From Planctomycetota bacterium (lineage in GTDB: Bacteria; Planctomycetota; Phycisphaerae; FEN-1346): a stretch of 64,000 nucleotides of DNA. The stretch is from positions 12,223-76,222 of the forward strand of contig JAUVZF010000006.1 in NCBI GenBank assembly GCA_030602705.1, read 5' to 3'. A model generated the notes under the pieces. The model was not told the origin of the DNA. It saw nothing but the letters and a program-made list of their open reading frames with translations, and searched no databases. The position numbers were made by a program, and so were the translations under genes. Of this stretch, positions 28,529 to 37,227 are shown in pieces (position 1 is the stretch's first letter; every line of letters starts with the position of its first letter).

Positions 28529-30784
28529 CTACCGCTTTTTCGACGGTATCACGTCCACGAGCCCTAAGTCGATGAACTGCCCGCCCTTGGTCTGCCTGCA
28601 ATGGACCGCCAGGACGACCTTGCCGGGCCTTAGGGCGGCGCGGCCCTTCTCGTTGAGCGGCCGGACCTGGTACTCGGCCACGTACTGCTTGAGGTCGGCA
28701 GCCTTCACGCCATTGATATAGACTTGGGCGTCTTCATCATGGTGGATGCGAAGGCCCAGGCGGGTGTAATCGCCCTCGGGAATCGTGACCTCACGCCGCA
28801 GCCAGATGTCGGCCGTGTTCCAGACCGTGCCGACGACCGCGCCGGGCGTCGTTTTGGTGCCGAAGCCTCCCGGCCCCGTCTTCCACCCGGAATCATCGAA
28901 GCCGGGCTTGAACCAGCCAGCGCCGGGCTCGGTGAACGTGTACCGCCACGGCTGGGCCTTCTTTTCGGACGTCGGCACGACCGTCTTGACGATAGGCGGC
29001 GGCGGCACCTTCGAGAAATCGCCGCGGTTGACGGCCGCCACCCGCTCCAGGTCCGGCTTGACGACCGCCCGGTCGTACGTCAGCAGGCCGTTGCACTCGA
29101 CCTCCACGTCGGTAATCTGCGTGTAGATGGCGCCCGAGAGGCCCATCGAGTCCTTCATCTCGTAAATGGTTCGCAGGACGCGCTCGTAACCGGCGGTGAG
29201 TGCCTCGCGGTCGGCCATGCCGCGATAGCCCCAGTGCTGCTTTTTCCAGGTGTGCCCCGGCACGCCCAGGCCGAGTCCGCCGAACTCACCCTGGACGGCT
29301 GCTCGCGTCGGCTCCGGCCGGGCGCCCTTGGGGTTGGGGTAACTGTGCACGTCGAGGATGTCGCCGCACTTCTTGTCGGCCCATCCGCTGACACCGGAGA
29401 CGAGGCGGCCGGGGTCGAGTTCCTTGACCAGTTTGGCGTACCGCTCGGTGTCGTGCTGACCCCACCCTTCGTTGAAGACGACCCACATGATGATGGAGGG
29501 GTGGTTGCGGTGTCCCTCGACGAGGGCCCGCAGTTCCTTCTCAAACTGCTTTTTCGACTCGGGCGTCTTGTTGTTGCCGTTGGGCATGTCCTGCCAGACC
29601 AGGAGGCCCAGTTTGTCGCACCAGTAGTACCAGCGGTCGGGCTCGATCTTGACGTGCTTGCGGGTCATGTTGAAGCCGAGTTTGCGCGTAATCTCGACGT
29701 CGTACTTGAAGGCCTCGTCCGTAGGCGCGATGTAGAGGCCGTCCGGCCACCAGCCCTGGTCGAGGGGCCCCATCTGGAACACGAACTTGCCGTTCAGCAG
29801 CATCCGCGTCACGCCTTTGTCGTCCTTGCCGATCTCGATCTTGCGCATGCCGAAGTAGCCGCTGACGGCGTCGACCGTCTTGCCCTTGTGCTTGAGTTCG
29901 ACCGTCAGGTCGTAGAGGTGCGGCGAGTCGGGCGACCACAGTTTGGGCGCCTTGACCGGCAGCGAAAGTTCGGCGCCGGCCTTACCCGACGCCTTTCCGA
30001 CCTGCGTGCCGCCGTCCGTTGCCACGGCCTCGACGGCCAGGTCGGGCGCCTCGCCCGCCGTTTCCACCGTCAGACGCAGGCACTTCTTGTCCACATCGGG
30101 CGTGATGACAAGCCGGTCGATGTGCGTCTCGGGTACGGGTTCCAGCCACACGGTCTGCCAGATGCCCGTGACGGCGGTGTACCAGATGCCGCGGGGCTTA
30201 GCGACCTGCTTGCCGCGCGGTTGGTTGCCGCTGTTGGTCGGATCGAAAACGCCGACGATCAGTTCCTGCCGGCCGGAGCCTTTCAGGGCGTCGGTGATGT
30301 CGAGGGTGAAGGCGTCGTACCCGCCGCGATGGTCGCCCGCCTTCTTGCCGTTGACATAAACGGTGGCTTCCCAATCGACCGCGCCGAAGTGGAGCAGCAC
30401 GCGCCCGCCCTTCCACGCCTCCGGAACGGTGAACGTGCGGCGGTACCAGAGACGGTCGGCCGGTTTCATGACGCCCGACAGGGCGGATTGGATGGGAAAC
30501 GGAACGAGGATTTCATCCGTCAGGTCCTTGCCGACGGGCGGCGCCTCGCCTTCGGCCGCAATGGCGTATTGCCACAGACCGTTCAGGTTCTGCCACGCCT
30601 CGCGGACCATCTGCGGACGGGGGTACTCAGGGTGGGCGTTCTCGGGCGAGACGTCCTTGGCCCATCGCGTCATGAGCGGCCCCTTCGCGGGTTCCCACGC
30701 GGCCAGAGCCGACCGCGAGCATCCTACGGTCGCCAACGCAAGACTTGCGATACACACGGCCACCATCGGCTGTTGACCCAACAT
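28529..30784 (-). CDS. Glycoside hydrolase family 2 (beta-galactosidase/beta-mannosidase-like) lipoprotein
   Basis: ATG at 30784 with GAGGAGG RBS. Lipobox ATVGC. GH2 sugar-binding, Ig-like and TIM-barrel regions with the WVVFNEGWGQ acid/base motif. The track ORF extends to 31465 as antisense of the neighbouring gene. Confidence 0.8.
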   Translation of the reverse strand: MLGQQPMVAVCIASLALATVGCSRSALAAWEPAKGPLMTRWAKDVSPENAHPEYPRPQMVREAWQNLNGLWQYAIAAEGEAPPVGKDLTDEILVPFPIQSALSGVMKPADRLWYRRTFTVPEAWKGGRVLLHFGAVDWEATVYVNGKKAGDHRGGYDAFTLDITDALKGSGRQELIVGVFDPTNSGNQPRGKQVAKPRGIWYTAVTGIWQTVWLEPVPETHIDRLVITPDVDKKCLRLTVETAGEAPDLAVEAVATDGGTQVGKASGKAGAELSLPVKAPKLWSPDSPHLYDLTVELKHKGKTVDAVSGYFGMRKIEIGKDDKGVTRMLLNGKFVFQMGPLDQGWWPDGLYIAPTDEAFKYDVEITRKLGFNMTRKHVKIEPDRWYYWCDKLGLLVWQDMPNGNNKTPESKKQFEKELRALVEGHRNHPSIIMWVVFNEGWGQHDTERYAKLVKELDPGRLVSGVSGWADKKCGDILDVHSYPNPKGARPEPTRAAVQGEFGGLGLGVPGHTWKKQHWGYRGMADREALTAGYERVLRTIYEMKDSMGLSGAIYTQITDVEVECNGLLTYDRAVVKPDLERVAAVNRGDFSKVPPPPIVKTVVPTSEKKAQPWRYTFTEPGAGWFKPGFDDSGWKTGPGGFGTKTTPGAVVGTVWNTADIWLRREVTIPEGDYTRLGLRIHHDEDAQVYINGVKAADLKQYVAEYQVRPLNEKGRAALRPGKVVLAVHCRQTKGGQFIDLGLVDVIPSKKR

Positions 30785-30991
30785 GGCAGTTTCCTCCTCT
30801 GTTCGGGCTTGGGCCATCCATAGTACACATGCGACCGCTGGGGTCAACGAACTTGGCAGCCAAATCATGCCCGGCCCGGCCAGGGTGCACCGGAGAAATG
30901 ACGACTTGTCTTGGCCGGCCCGGCCGTGGTCTAATGCGCGTTCTGTCGGCGGGGGATGGCTCACGCCTTGGCGAGGGCAGGCACAGCAACG

Positions 30992-32356
30992 ATGGAAATC
31001 GACCTGGCCTACGGGCGCCGGGGCGCCCGCATCACGGTGCCGGACGAGAACCTCACGGCCATCGTCCGGCCCGACTGGCCGAGCGTTCTCGCACAGCCGC
31101 AGACCGCCGTGGCCGAGGCGCTCCGTGCCCCCGTGGACGGTCCGCCGCTTGCGGCGGTGCTGGCCGAGCGTGTCGGCGGCCGCAGCCGGTCGGTCGGATC
31201 GGCCGGATGGCGCGACGATTGGCGCAACTTCCGCGCCGTCATCATCACCGGCGACTCGACGCGACCATGCCCGAACCATGATGTGCTGGCGCCGATCCTC
31301 GGCGCCCTCCGCGAGGCGGGCATCCCGCCCGGCAGCGTGACGATCCTCATCGCCACGGGGCTGCACGCACCGACCATCGGTGAAGCGGCCCGCCGGCTCC
31401 TCGGGGCGGAGATCGTCTCGAAGTACCGCATCGTCAACCACTTCGGTCACCGGCCCGTGACGCACGTCAGGCTCGGCCAGACCGAGAGCGGCACGCCGGT
31501 TGTTCTAACGCGCGAGTGGGTGGAGGCCGACGTGCGGATCGCCACCGGCGTCATCGAGCCGCACCTGATGGCGGGCTTTTCCGGTGGCCGCAAGGCCGTC
31601 TGCCCCGGCATCGCTGCCGACGAGACCGTCCGTGCCTTCCACTCGCCGCGGTTCATCGAGCACGAGCGGGCCCTGCCGGGGCTGCTCGAAGGCAACCCGA
31701 CGCACGAAGAGGCGCTGGCGGCGGCGCGGTTCGCCCCGCCGCACTTCACGGTCAACGTCACGGTGGACCGCAACGAGTGCCTGACGGGCGTCTTTGCCGG
31801 GACGATGGAAGGCGCCCACGAGGCGGGGGTCGCGTTCCTGCGGCAGCACGTGGCGCAACCCGTGCCCCAGATGTGCGACATCCTCGTGACGACCAACGGC
31901 GGGTGGCCGCTCGACGCGTCGTTCTACCAGTGCCAAAAGGGCCTGCTGCCGGGCCTTCCGATCCTGAAGAAGGGCGGTACGTTTCTATACGCGTGCGCGT
32001 GCGAAGACGGCATCGGGCAGCGGGAGTTTACGGACCTCTGCCGCCGCTACCGGACGCCCGAGGAATTCATGGCGGCCATCACGGCGCCGGGGGCCGAGGT
32101 CGTCAAGAACCAGTGGGCGCTTCATAACCTTGCGAAGGCCGCGCGGCACGGCGAAATCGTCTTCTGGTCGGACCTGCTCGACTGGGAAGACCAGCAGCAC
32201 CTGTTCGTGACGCCGGTCCGCAGCCTGGAGGCGGGTCTGAAGTGGGGCTTCGAGAAACACGGCCGCGACGCCCGCGTCATCGTTATGCCGTATGGGCCGT
32301 ATGTGCTGCCTTACGTGGCGGAGAAAATGACGCAAACTGAGCCTCGCGCCGAGTAA
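30992..32356 (+). CDS. LarA-like (nickel-dependent lactate racemase family, DUF2088 N-domain) protein
   Basis: MEIDLAYGRRG aligns with the MVAIDLPY start of LarA. Conserved FSGGRK and TTNGGWPLD-type motifs are present. Confidence 0.65.
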   Translation: MEIDLAYGRRGARITVPDENLTAIVRPDWPSVLAQPQTAVAEALRAPVDGPPLAAVLAERVGGRSRSVGSAGWRDDWRNFRAVIITGDSTRPCPNHDVLAPILGALREAGIPPGSVTILIATGLHAPTIGEAARRLLGAEIVSKYRIVNHFGHRPVTHVRLGQTESGTPVVLTREWVEADVRIATGVIEPHLMAGFSGGRKAVCPGIAADETVRAFHSPRFIEHERALPGLLEGNPTHEEALAAARFAPPHFTVNVTVDRNECLTGVFAGTMEGAHEAGVAFLRQHVAQPVPQMCDILVTTNGGWPLDASFYQCQKGLLPGLPILKKGGTFLYACACEDGIGQREFTDLCRRYRTPEEFMAAITAPGAEVVKNQWALHNLAKAARHGEIVFWSDLLDWEDQQHLFVTPVRSLEAGLKWGFEKHGRDARVIVMPYGPYVLPYVAEKMTQTEPRAE

Positions 32357-32442
32357 ACTCGGCAGTCAAGTGAGAGCCGCATCGCGCCGCGCGCAGGCGA
32401 GTTCGATTGTGGGCGCCCCCGCCGTCCGGTATACTGGCCGCC

Positions 32443-33087
32443 ATGACCGAACCGCACTTCGCCTATCCAATCGTGCTGGACTTAGCCGGCCGCAGGGCTG
32501 TCGTGGTTGGCGGGGGAAAGGTGGCGCTGCGAAAGGCGCGGGCCCTGGCCGATGCGGGCGCGCGGGTCCGCGTCGTCGCAGCGGAGTTGCTGCCCGCGTT
32601 CGCCGACGATGAGCGCCTGGAATGCGTGGCGGCGACGCAGGCCGCGGAACACCTCGCCGGCGCAACCGTCGTCATTGCGGCGACCGACGACGAGCAGGTC
32701 AACGCGCGGGTGGCGGCCGATGCGCGTGCGGCGGGGGCGCTCGTCAACGTCGTGGACCAGCCCGCGCTGTGCGATTTTCTGGTGCCGTCGCAGGTGGCGC
32801 GCGGCTCTCTTGTGATTGCCATCTCGACGGGCGGCGCTGCGCCGAGTCTTGCGCGCCGTCTGCGCGAGCGGCTCGATGCGGAGTTCGGCCCGGAGTACGA
32901 GACGCTCCTTGCGGCGCTTCGCGACGTGCGTGAGCGCGTCAAGTCTCAAGACCTGCCCCCCGACCTTCGCCGCCGCATCTTCCAGCGCCTGACCGAAGAC
33001 GACATCCTCGCCGCCGCGCGCGAGGGGAAAGACGCCCTCAAGCGCGCGATCGATGAGGCAGTCGAGGAAGCCCGGCGCGGGGGATAA
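32443..33087 (+). CDS. sirC: Precorrin-2 dehydrogenase / sirohydrochlorin ferrochelatase (SirC/CysG N-domain-like)
   Basis: Rossmann motif VVGGGKVALRKARAL and overall siroheme-synthase N-domain pattern. About 215 aa. Confidence 0.65.
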   Translation: MTEPHFAYPIVLDLAGRRAVVVGGGKVALRKARALADAGARVRVVAAELLPAFADDERLECVAATQAAEHLAGATVVIAATDDEQVNARVAADARAAGALVNVVDQPALCDFLVPSQVARGSLVIAISTGGAAPSLARRLRERLDAEFGPEYETLLAALRDVRERVKSQDLPPDLRRRIFQRLTEDDILAAAREGKDALKRAIDEAVEEARRGG

Positions 33088-33124
33088 GCGCAGCGCGTCG
33101 TTCGAGCCCGCCGCGGGCTCGGCA

Positions 33125-33652
33125 CTACGGCTCGACGAGCCCGTTGGCATCGGGCAGGTCCTTGAGGCTCCCGAGGCCGAACGCCTGGAGGAACTTCTTG
33201 GTGGTGCCGTAAAGGAGCGGGCGGCCGAGTTTGTCGCTTCTGCCGGTGACGCGGACGAGACCCTTCTGCATGAGGGTACGGATCATGTCGCCGCAGGCAA
33301 CGCCGCGGATGTCTTCGACCTCGATCCGCGTGACCGGCTGCTTGTAGGCGATGACGGCAAGTGTCTCAAGGGCCGCCTGCGTGAACCGTGCCCGGCGGCG
33401 GGCCTGGAGGAGTTTCTTGAGGTACGGGTTATACTGCGGCCGCGTAAACAGTTGCAGGCCGCCCGCGATCTCTTCGACGGTGAACGCGCGGCCGCCAGAG
33501 TCGTATTCCTCGACCAGTTGCCGGACGGCCTCGCGGACCTGCTCGACGGTCACGTCGTCGCCGGCGGCGTCGGCGAGGCGCTCGAGGTCGACCGGCTCGT
33601 CGCTCGCAAAGAGGATGGCCTCGACGATCGCCTTGAGGGGCTTCTTGCTCAT
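33125..33652 (-). CDS. scpB: Segregation and condensation protein B
   Basis: AIVEAILFASDEPV...GLVRVTGRSDKLGRPLLYGTT is a canonical ScpB winged-helix pair. Its start abuts the rnfG stop. Confidence 0.85.
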   Translation of the reverse strand: MSKKPLKAIVEAILFASDEPVDLERLADAAGDDVTVEQVREAVRQLVEEYDSGGRAFTVEEIAGGLQLFTRPQYNPYLKKLLQARRRARFTQAALETLAVIAYKQPVTRIEVEDIRGVACGDMIRTLMQKGLVRVTGRSDKLGRPLLYGTTKKFLQAFGLGSLKDLPDANGLVEP

Positions 33653-34257
33653 TGGGTTTCCTTGATGGCCGCGCGGATGCGGTCGAGGGCCTGCGCCACG
33701 GCCGCCTTCGTCGCGTTGGAGGTGATAGTGGCGGCCGTGATGGCCTGGATGCCCGGAATCTCGTCCTGGCGTTTCCCCTTGAACCGGTCGAGGAACGGGC
33801 TGATGAATTTCTCGGGCTCATCGGCGCCGAACAGTTTCTGCCACAGCGTGTAGGTGCTCAGGTGTTCGGCGACGTGGGCGCCCAGGCCGGGTGTCTCGGT
33901 GTGGGAAACGACCACGACGCCCACGATCTCTAGGTCGGGGGCTTTGGCGCCGACGATGACCCTGATGACGCCGGCGTATCCCTGCGCCCCGCCGCCCGCC
34001 ACGTAGCCGATGGTCTTGCCCGATGCGTCGCGAGCGGCATAGACCGCGCTCGGACCGCCGGCGCCGCCGGCGAGGGGTTTTTCGACATCGACCTCGGCCC
34101 CCTCGGGCGCGACGGCAAGCATGGCCGCTTGCGTGGCGGCACGCTCGCGCTCGGCGATCTGGTCGCGCCACACGCCGTACAGGACGGCCACGCCGCCGCC
34201 CATCAGCAGGCAGGTGAGGCCGAGAATCACCACGAATTTCACGAGCGTCCGAATCAT
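33649..34257 (-). CDS. rnfG: Rnf/Nqr electron-transport complex subunit G (FMN-binding)
   Basis: 202 aa. N-terminal TM. FMN-binding SHTETPGLG motif. ATG at 34257 overlaps the rnfD stop. The track's 548-aa ORF is mostly antisense artefact. Confidence 0.8.
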   Translation of the reverse strand: MIRTLVKFVVILGLTCLLMGGGVAVLYGVWRDQIAERERAATQAAMLAVAPEGAEVDVEKPLAGGAGGPSAVYAARDASGKTIGYVAGGGAQGYAGVIRVIVGAKAPDLEIVGVVVVSHTETPGLGAHVAEHLSTYTLWQKLFGADEPEKFISPFLDRFKGKRQDEIPGIQAITAATITSNATKAAVAQALDRIRAAIKETQ

Positions 34258-35399
34258 CGCTTGTGTCCGAATATGCGCGGCTGCGTCCAGCGGTCGATGA
34301 GCGGCACGGTGGTGTTCATCAGGAGGATCGAGTAGCACACGGCCTCCGGGTAGCCGCCGTAGAGGCGGATCAGGATCGTCAACACGCCGCACCCTGCGCC
34401 GAAGATGAGCGTCCCGCGGCTGGTGATCGGCGTCGTGACCATGTCGGTGGCCATGTAGAAGGCGCCGAGTACGAGTCCGCCGCCGAGCAGGTGCCAAAGG
34501 ACAAACCGCAGCGCGGCGTCCGGCATGCACGTGATGATCGGCTGCCAGCCAGTGGGGCCGGTTCCGCCCTCGCCGCCGGTGAGATAAAGCGGCAAGAAGA
34601 GCGCCCCAAGAGCCACCGTCGCCAGGTACGCCAGGGGTATCTGCCAGCGGACCCAGCCTTTGTAGATGAGATAGATTGCGCCGAGGACGAGCAAGAGGGC
34701 GCTCGTTTCGCCGATGCAGCCGCCCACCGTGCCGACGAACATGTCCCATAGCCCGGGGCCTTCGCGGAAGGTCAGGAGTTTCAGCACGTCCGCCAGCGTG
34801 TAGCCGTGGGTGGCGGCAATGTCTTTGACCGCGGCCAACGGTGAGGCGCCGCTGACGGCGTCCACACCCTCGGGCAGCCCCCCGACGGCGGTGCCCACGT
34901 CGCCGATGAAGTGGTCGCCCGTCAGGACCGGCCAGGCCGACGGGTTCATGTCGGTTGGAAACGAGATGTGGACGAACGCGCGGCCGACGAGGGCTGGATT
35001 CCAGATGTTGTATCCCAGTCCGCCGAAACAGTGCTTCGCGATGGCGATGGCCACGACCGAGGCGACGATCGGCACGAACCACCTCGCCTGGGCCGGCAGG
35101 CAGAAACCGACCAGGAGCCCTGAGACGACGGCGCTGCCGTCGCCGACGGTCATCTTCCCCAGGCGCAGCCGCGTGATGATCGCCTCCGTGATGACCGCCG
35201 TCGCGACGGCCAGACCGATGTGCAGGTACGCCCGGATGCCGAAGAAGTACCCCGCCGCCACGGCCGCCGGCACGAGCGCCGCCGCCACCGACCACATGAT
35301 CCGCGCAATGGTCTCCTTGCCGCGCAGGTGCGGCCAGTGGCCGACGACCAGGCCGGCCTCGGCGGGCTGCGGACGGTGTTGGGGGGCGTCAGTCGCCAA
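34254..35399 (-). CDS. rnfD: Rnf electron-transport complex subunit D
   Basis: Polytopic membrane protein collinear with E. coli RsxD (GGLGYNIWNPALVGRAF..., ...LLMNTTVPLIDRWTQPRIFGHKR). Confidence 0.85.
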   Translation of the reverse strand: MATDAPQHRPQPAEAGLVVGHWPHLRGKETIARIMWSVAAALVPAAVAAGYFFGIRAYLHIGLAVATAVITEAIITRLRLGKMTVGDGSAVVSGLLVGFCLPAQARWFVPIVASVVAIAIAKHCFGGLGYNIWNPALVGRAFVHISFPTDMNPSAWPVLTGDHFIGDVGTAVGGLPEGVDAVSGASPLAAVKDIAATHGYTLADVLKLLTFREGPGLWDMFVGTVGGCIGETSALLLVLGAIYLIYKGWVRWQIPLAYLATVALGALFLPLYLTGGEGGTGPTGWQPIITCMPDAALRFVLWHLLGGGLVLGAFYMATDMVTTPITSRGTLIFGAGCGVLTILIRLYGGYPEAVCYSILLMNTTVPLIDRWTQPRIFGHKR

Positions 35400-36780
35400 C
35401 CTTCTCGACCTCCCGCTTCAGTTCGGCCTTCCGGGCCTCTTGCTTCTCGCGCCGGCGCTGGAGGGCCTTTCGCCGCTCGCCGCGCATCATTTCTATGAGG
35501 TGTACGATCCGCCGCCGCGACGGGCACACGTACGCACACGCGCCGCACAGGATGCAGTCCATCAGGCCGGCGTCGATGGCGGCGTCGATGGCGTCGAGAT
35601 TCCCGTCGAGGAACGATTCGCCGAGGATCGACAGGCGGCTGGGATTCACCTGCGAGGGGCAGTACCGCACGCACGCCCCGCATCGGATGCACGGCCCGCC
35701 GTCGTAGATGGCGGCGCGGCGCATCGCCAGGACGCCGCTCGTGCCCTTCGTGACGTAAAGGTCCGTGGTGAACTGGTCCTTGCCCATCATGGGACCGCCG
35801 AGGATGAGTTCCTCGAAGCCGTCCTGGACTTCGGCCTTCTCGAGCAGCACTGCGATGGGCGTTCCGATGCGCACGCGGAAGTTGCCCGGCGCGCCGGCCG
35901 CATCGCCCGAGACGGTCAGCACCCGCTCGATCAGGGGCACATTGCGTGTGACGGCGTCGGCGATGGCCCGCGCCGTCTGGACGTTCTGGACCAGGGCGCC
36001 GACGTCGGCCGGCAGGCCGCCGGTCGGAACCTCGCGCCCGAGGCACGCCAGGATCAACTGCTTCTCGGCCCCCTGTGGATACTTCGTCTCGAAGACCCGC
36101 ACGCTGCAGCCGTCGCGGGCTCCGGCGGCCTCCTGCAGACAAGCGATGGCAGCCGGCTTGTTGTCCTCGATGCAGATGCAGCCGCGCTCCGCCCCGGTCG
36201 CCATCATGCACAGCCGCAGGCCGGTAACGATGTCCTGGGCGCGGTCGAGCATGACGCGGTAGTCGCACGTCAGGTACGGCTCGCACTCGGCCCCGTTGAT
36301 GAGGATGGTATCGACGTCCTTGCCTTTCGGCGGATTGAGTTTGACGTGGGTGGGGAACGTAGCGCCGCCCATGCCGACGACGCCGGCCGCCGCGACGGCC
36401 TCGCGGATGGCGTCGGCATCGAGGTTTTGCCACTCGCGCGGCTCGCCCAAACCCTCAGCCCAGGCGTCCAGCCCGTCGGATTCGATGGCGACGGCGTCGG
36501 TCTGCCGGCCCGTGGCGGAATCGATGATGCGCTCCAGCCCAGCGACGGTGCCGGACGTGGGAGCGTGAACGGCGGCCGAAATGAAGCCGTCGGGCCGGCC
36601 GATCATCTGGCCCTTCCTGACCGTCTCGCCCTCAGAGACGACGGGCCGGCTGGGGGCGCCGAGGCTTTGGGAGAGGGGCACGACGAAGCGCGGCGAAACC
36701 GGAATCGTTTCGATCTCCGATTCGGCCGTCCACTTGTTCTCGGGCGGATGCACCCCGCCCGGATAGGTTGCTCGGTTCAC
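35389..36780 (-). CDS. rnfC: Rnf electron-transport complex subunit C
   Basis: GGVHPPENK N-terminus. ECEPYLTCD. Two CxxCxxCxxxCP 4Fe-4S motifs (CIRCGACVRYCP, CILCGACAYVCP). GTG start at 36780. Confidence 0.85.
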   Translation of the reverse strand: MNRATYPGGVHPPENKWTAESEIETIPVSPRFVVPLSQSLGAPSRPVVSEGETVRKGQMIGRPDGFISAAVHAPTSGTVAGLERIIDSATGRQTDAVAIESDGLDAWAEGLGEPREWQNLDADAIREAVAAAGVVGMGGATFPTHVKLNPPKGKDVDTILINGAECEPYLTCDYRVMLDRAQDIVTGLRLCMMATGAERGCICIEDNKPAAIACLQEAAGARDGCSVRVFETKYPQGAEKQLILACLGREVPTGGLPADVGALVQNVQTARAIADAVTRNVPLIERVLTVSGDAAGAPGNFRVRIGTPIAVLLEKAEVQDGFEELILGGPMMGKDQFTTDLYVTKGTSGVLAMRRAAIYDGGPCIRCGACVRYCPSQVNPSRLSILGESFLDGNLDAIDAAIDAGLMDCILCGACAYVCPSRRRIVHLIEMMRGERRKALQRRREKQEARKAELKREVEKVGD

Positions 36781-36989
36781 GCCGGTCCCTCAACGCAAAA
36801 GGGACTGAAGTATACTCGGCTGCGTGCGGCTGTAAACGGTTTTCGGGCACGGGATCACTGCTCTCGGCCTGAAGGGGTCAGGAGCCTCACGTTCCCAGCA
36901 CTCCTGCCCCCTTCGCCGCACGCGAGAAGCGTTTTGACAGGCGTGCGGCCATTTCGACTCCCAACCGCGGCCAAGACACCATCGACAGC

Positions 36990-37227
36990 GAAGGCAACGC
37001 CGGCGCCGTCCGGCAAGACCGTCCGCACGGGCCAGTGGGTGGACCTCGCCAGGCACGCCGTCAAGGGCACCCGGGAGGAAAGGGACGGCGTCCTGGTCCT
37101 GACCGACGCGCCAAGCAATCCCCGCGTGATGGTCCCCGCCGTCCCCCTCGGCAACTACGAACTGGAAGTGACGTGCCGGCGGACTTGGGGCACGCTCATG
37201 CCCCCTTGGCGAGAAACTCCTCGATGA
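36990..37227 (+). pseudogene. N-terminal fragment of a DUF1080/LamG-like beta-sandwich domain gene (remnant)
   Basis: Plus-strand frame reads ...GQWVDLARHAVKGTREERDGVLVLTDAPSNPRVMVPAVPLGNYELEVTCRRTWG, then a stop. There is no upstream signal peptide or start. Overlaps the 3' end of the convergent NDK-like gene. Confidence 0.25.

Noticed and set aside
28724-30823. 699-aa plus-strand ORF
   Set aside because: Antisense of the GH2 gene.
34810-36960. 805-aa plus-strand ORF over rnfC/rnfD
   Set aside because: Antisense artefact. Only its last ~80 codons look protein-like (reported as a possible DUF1080 fragment).
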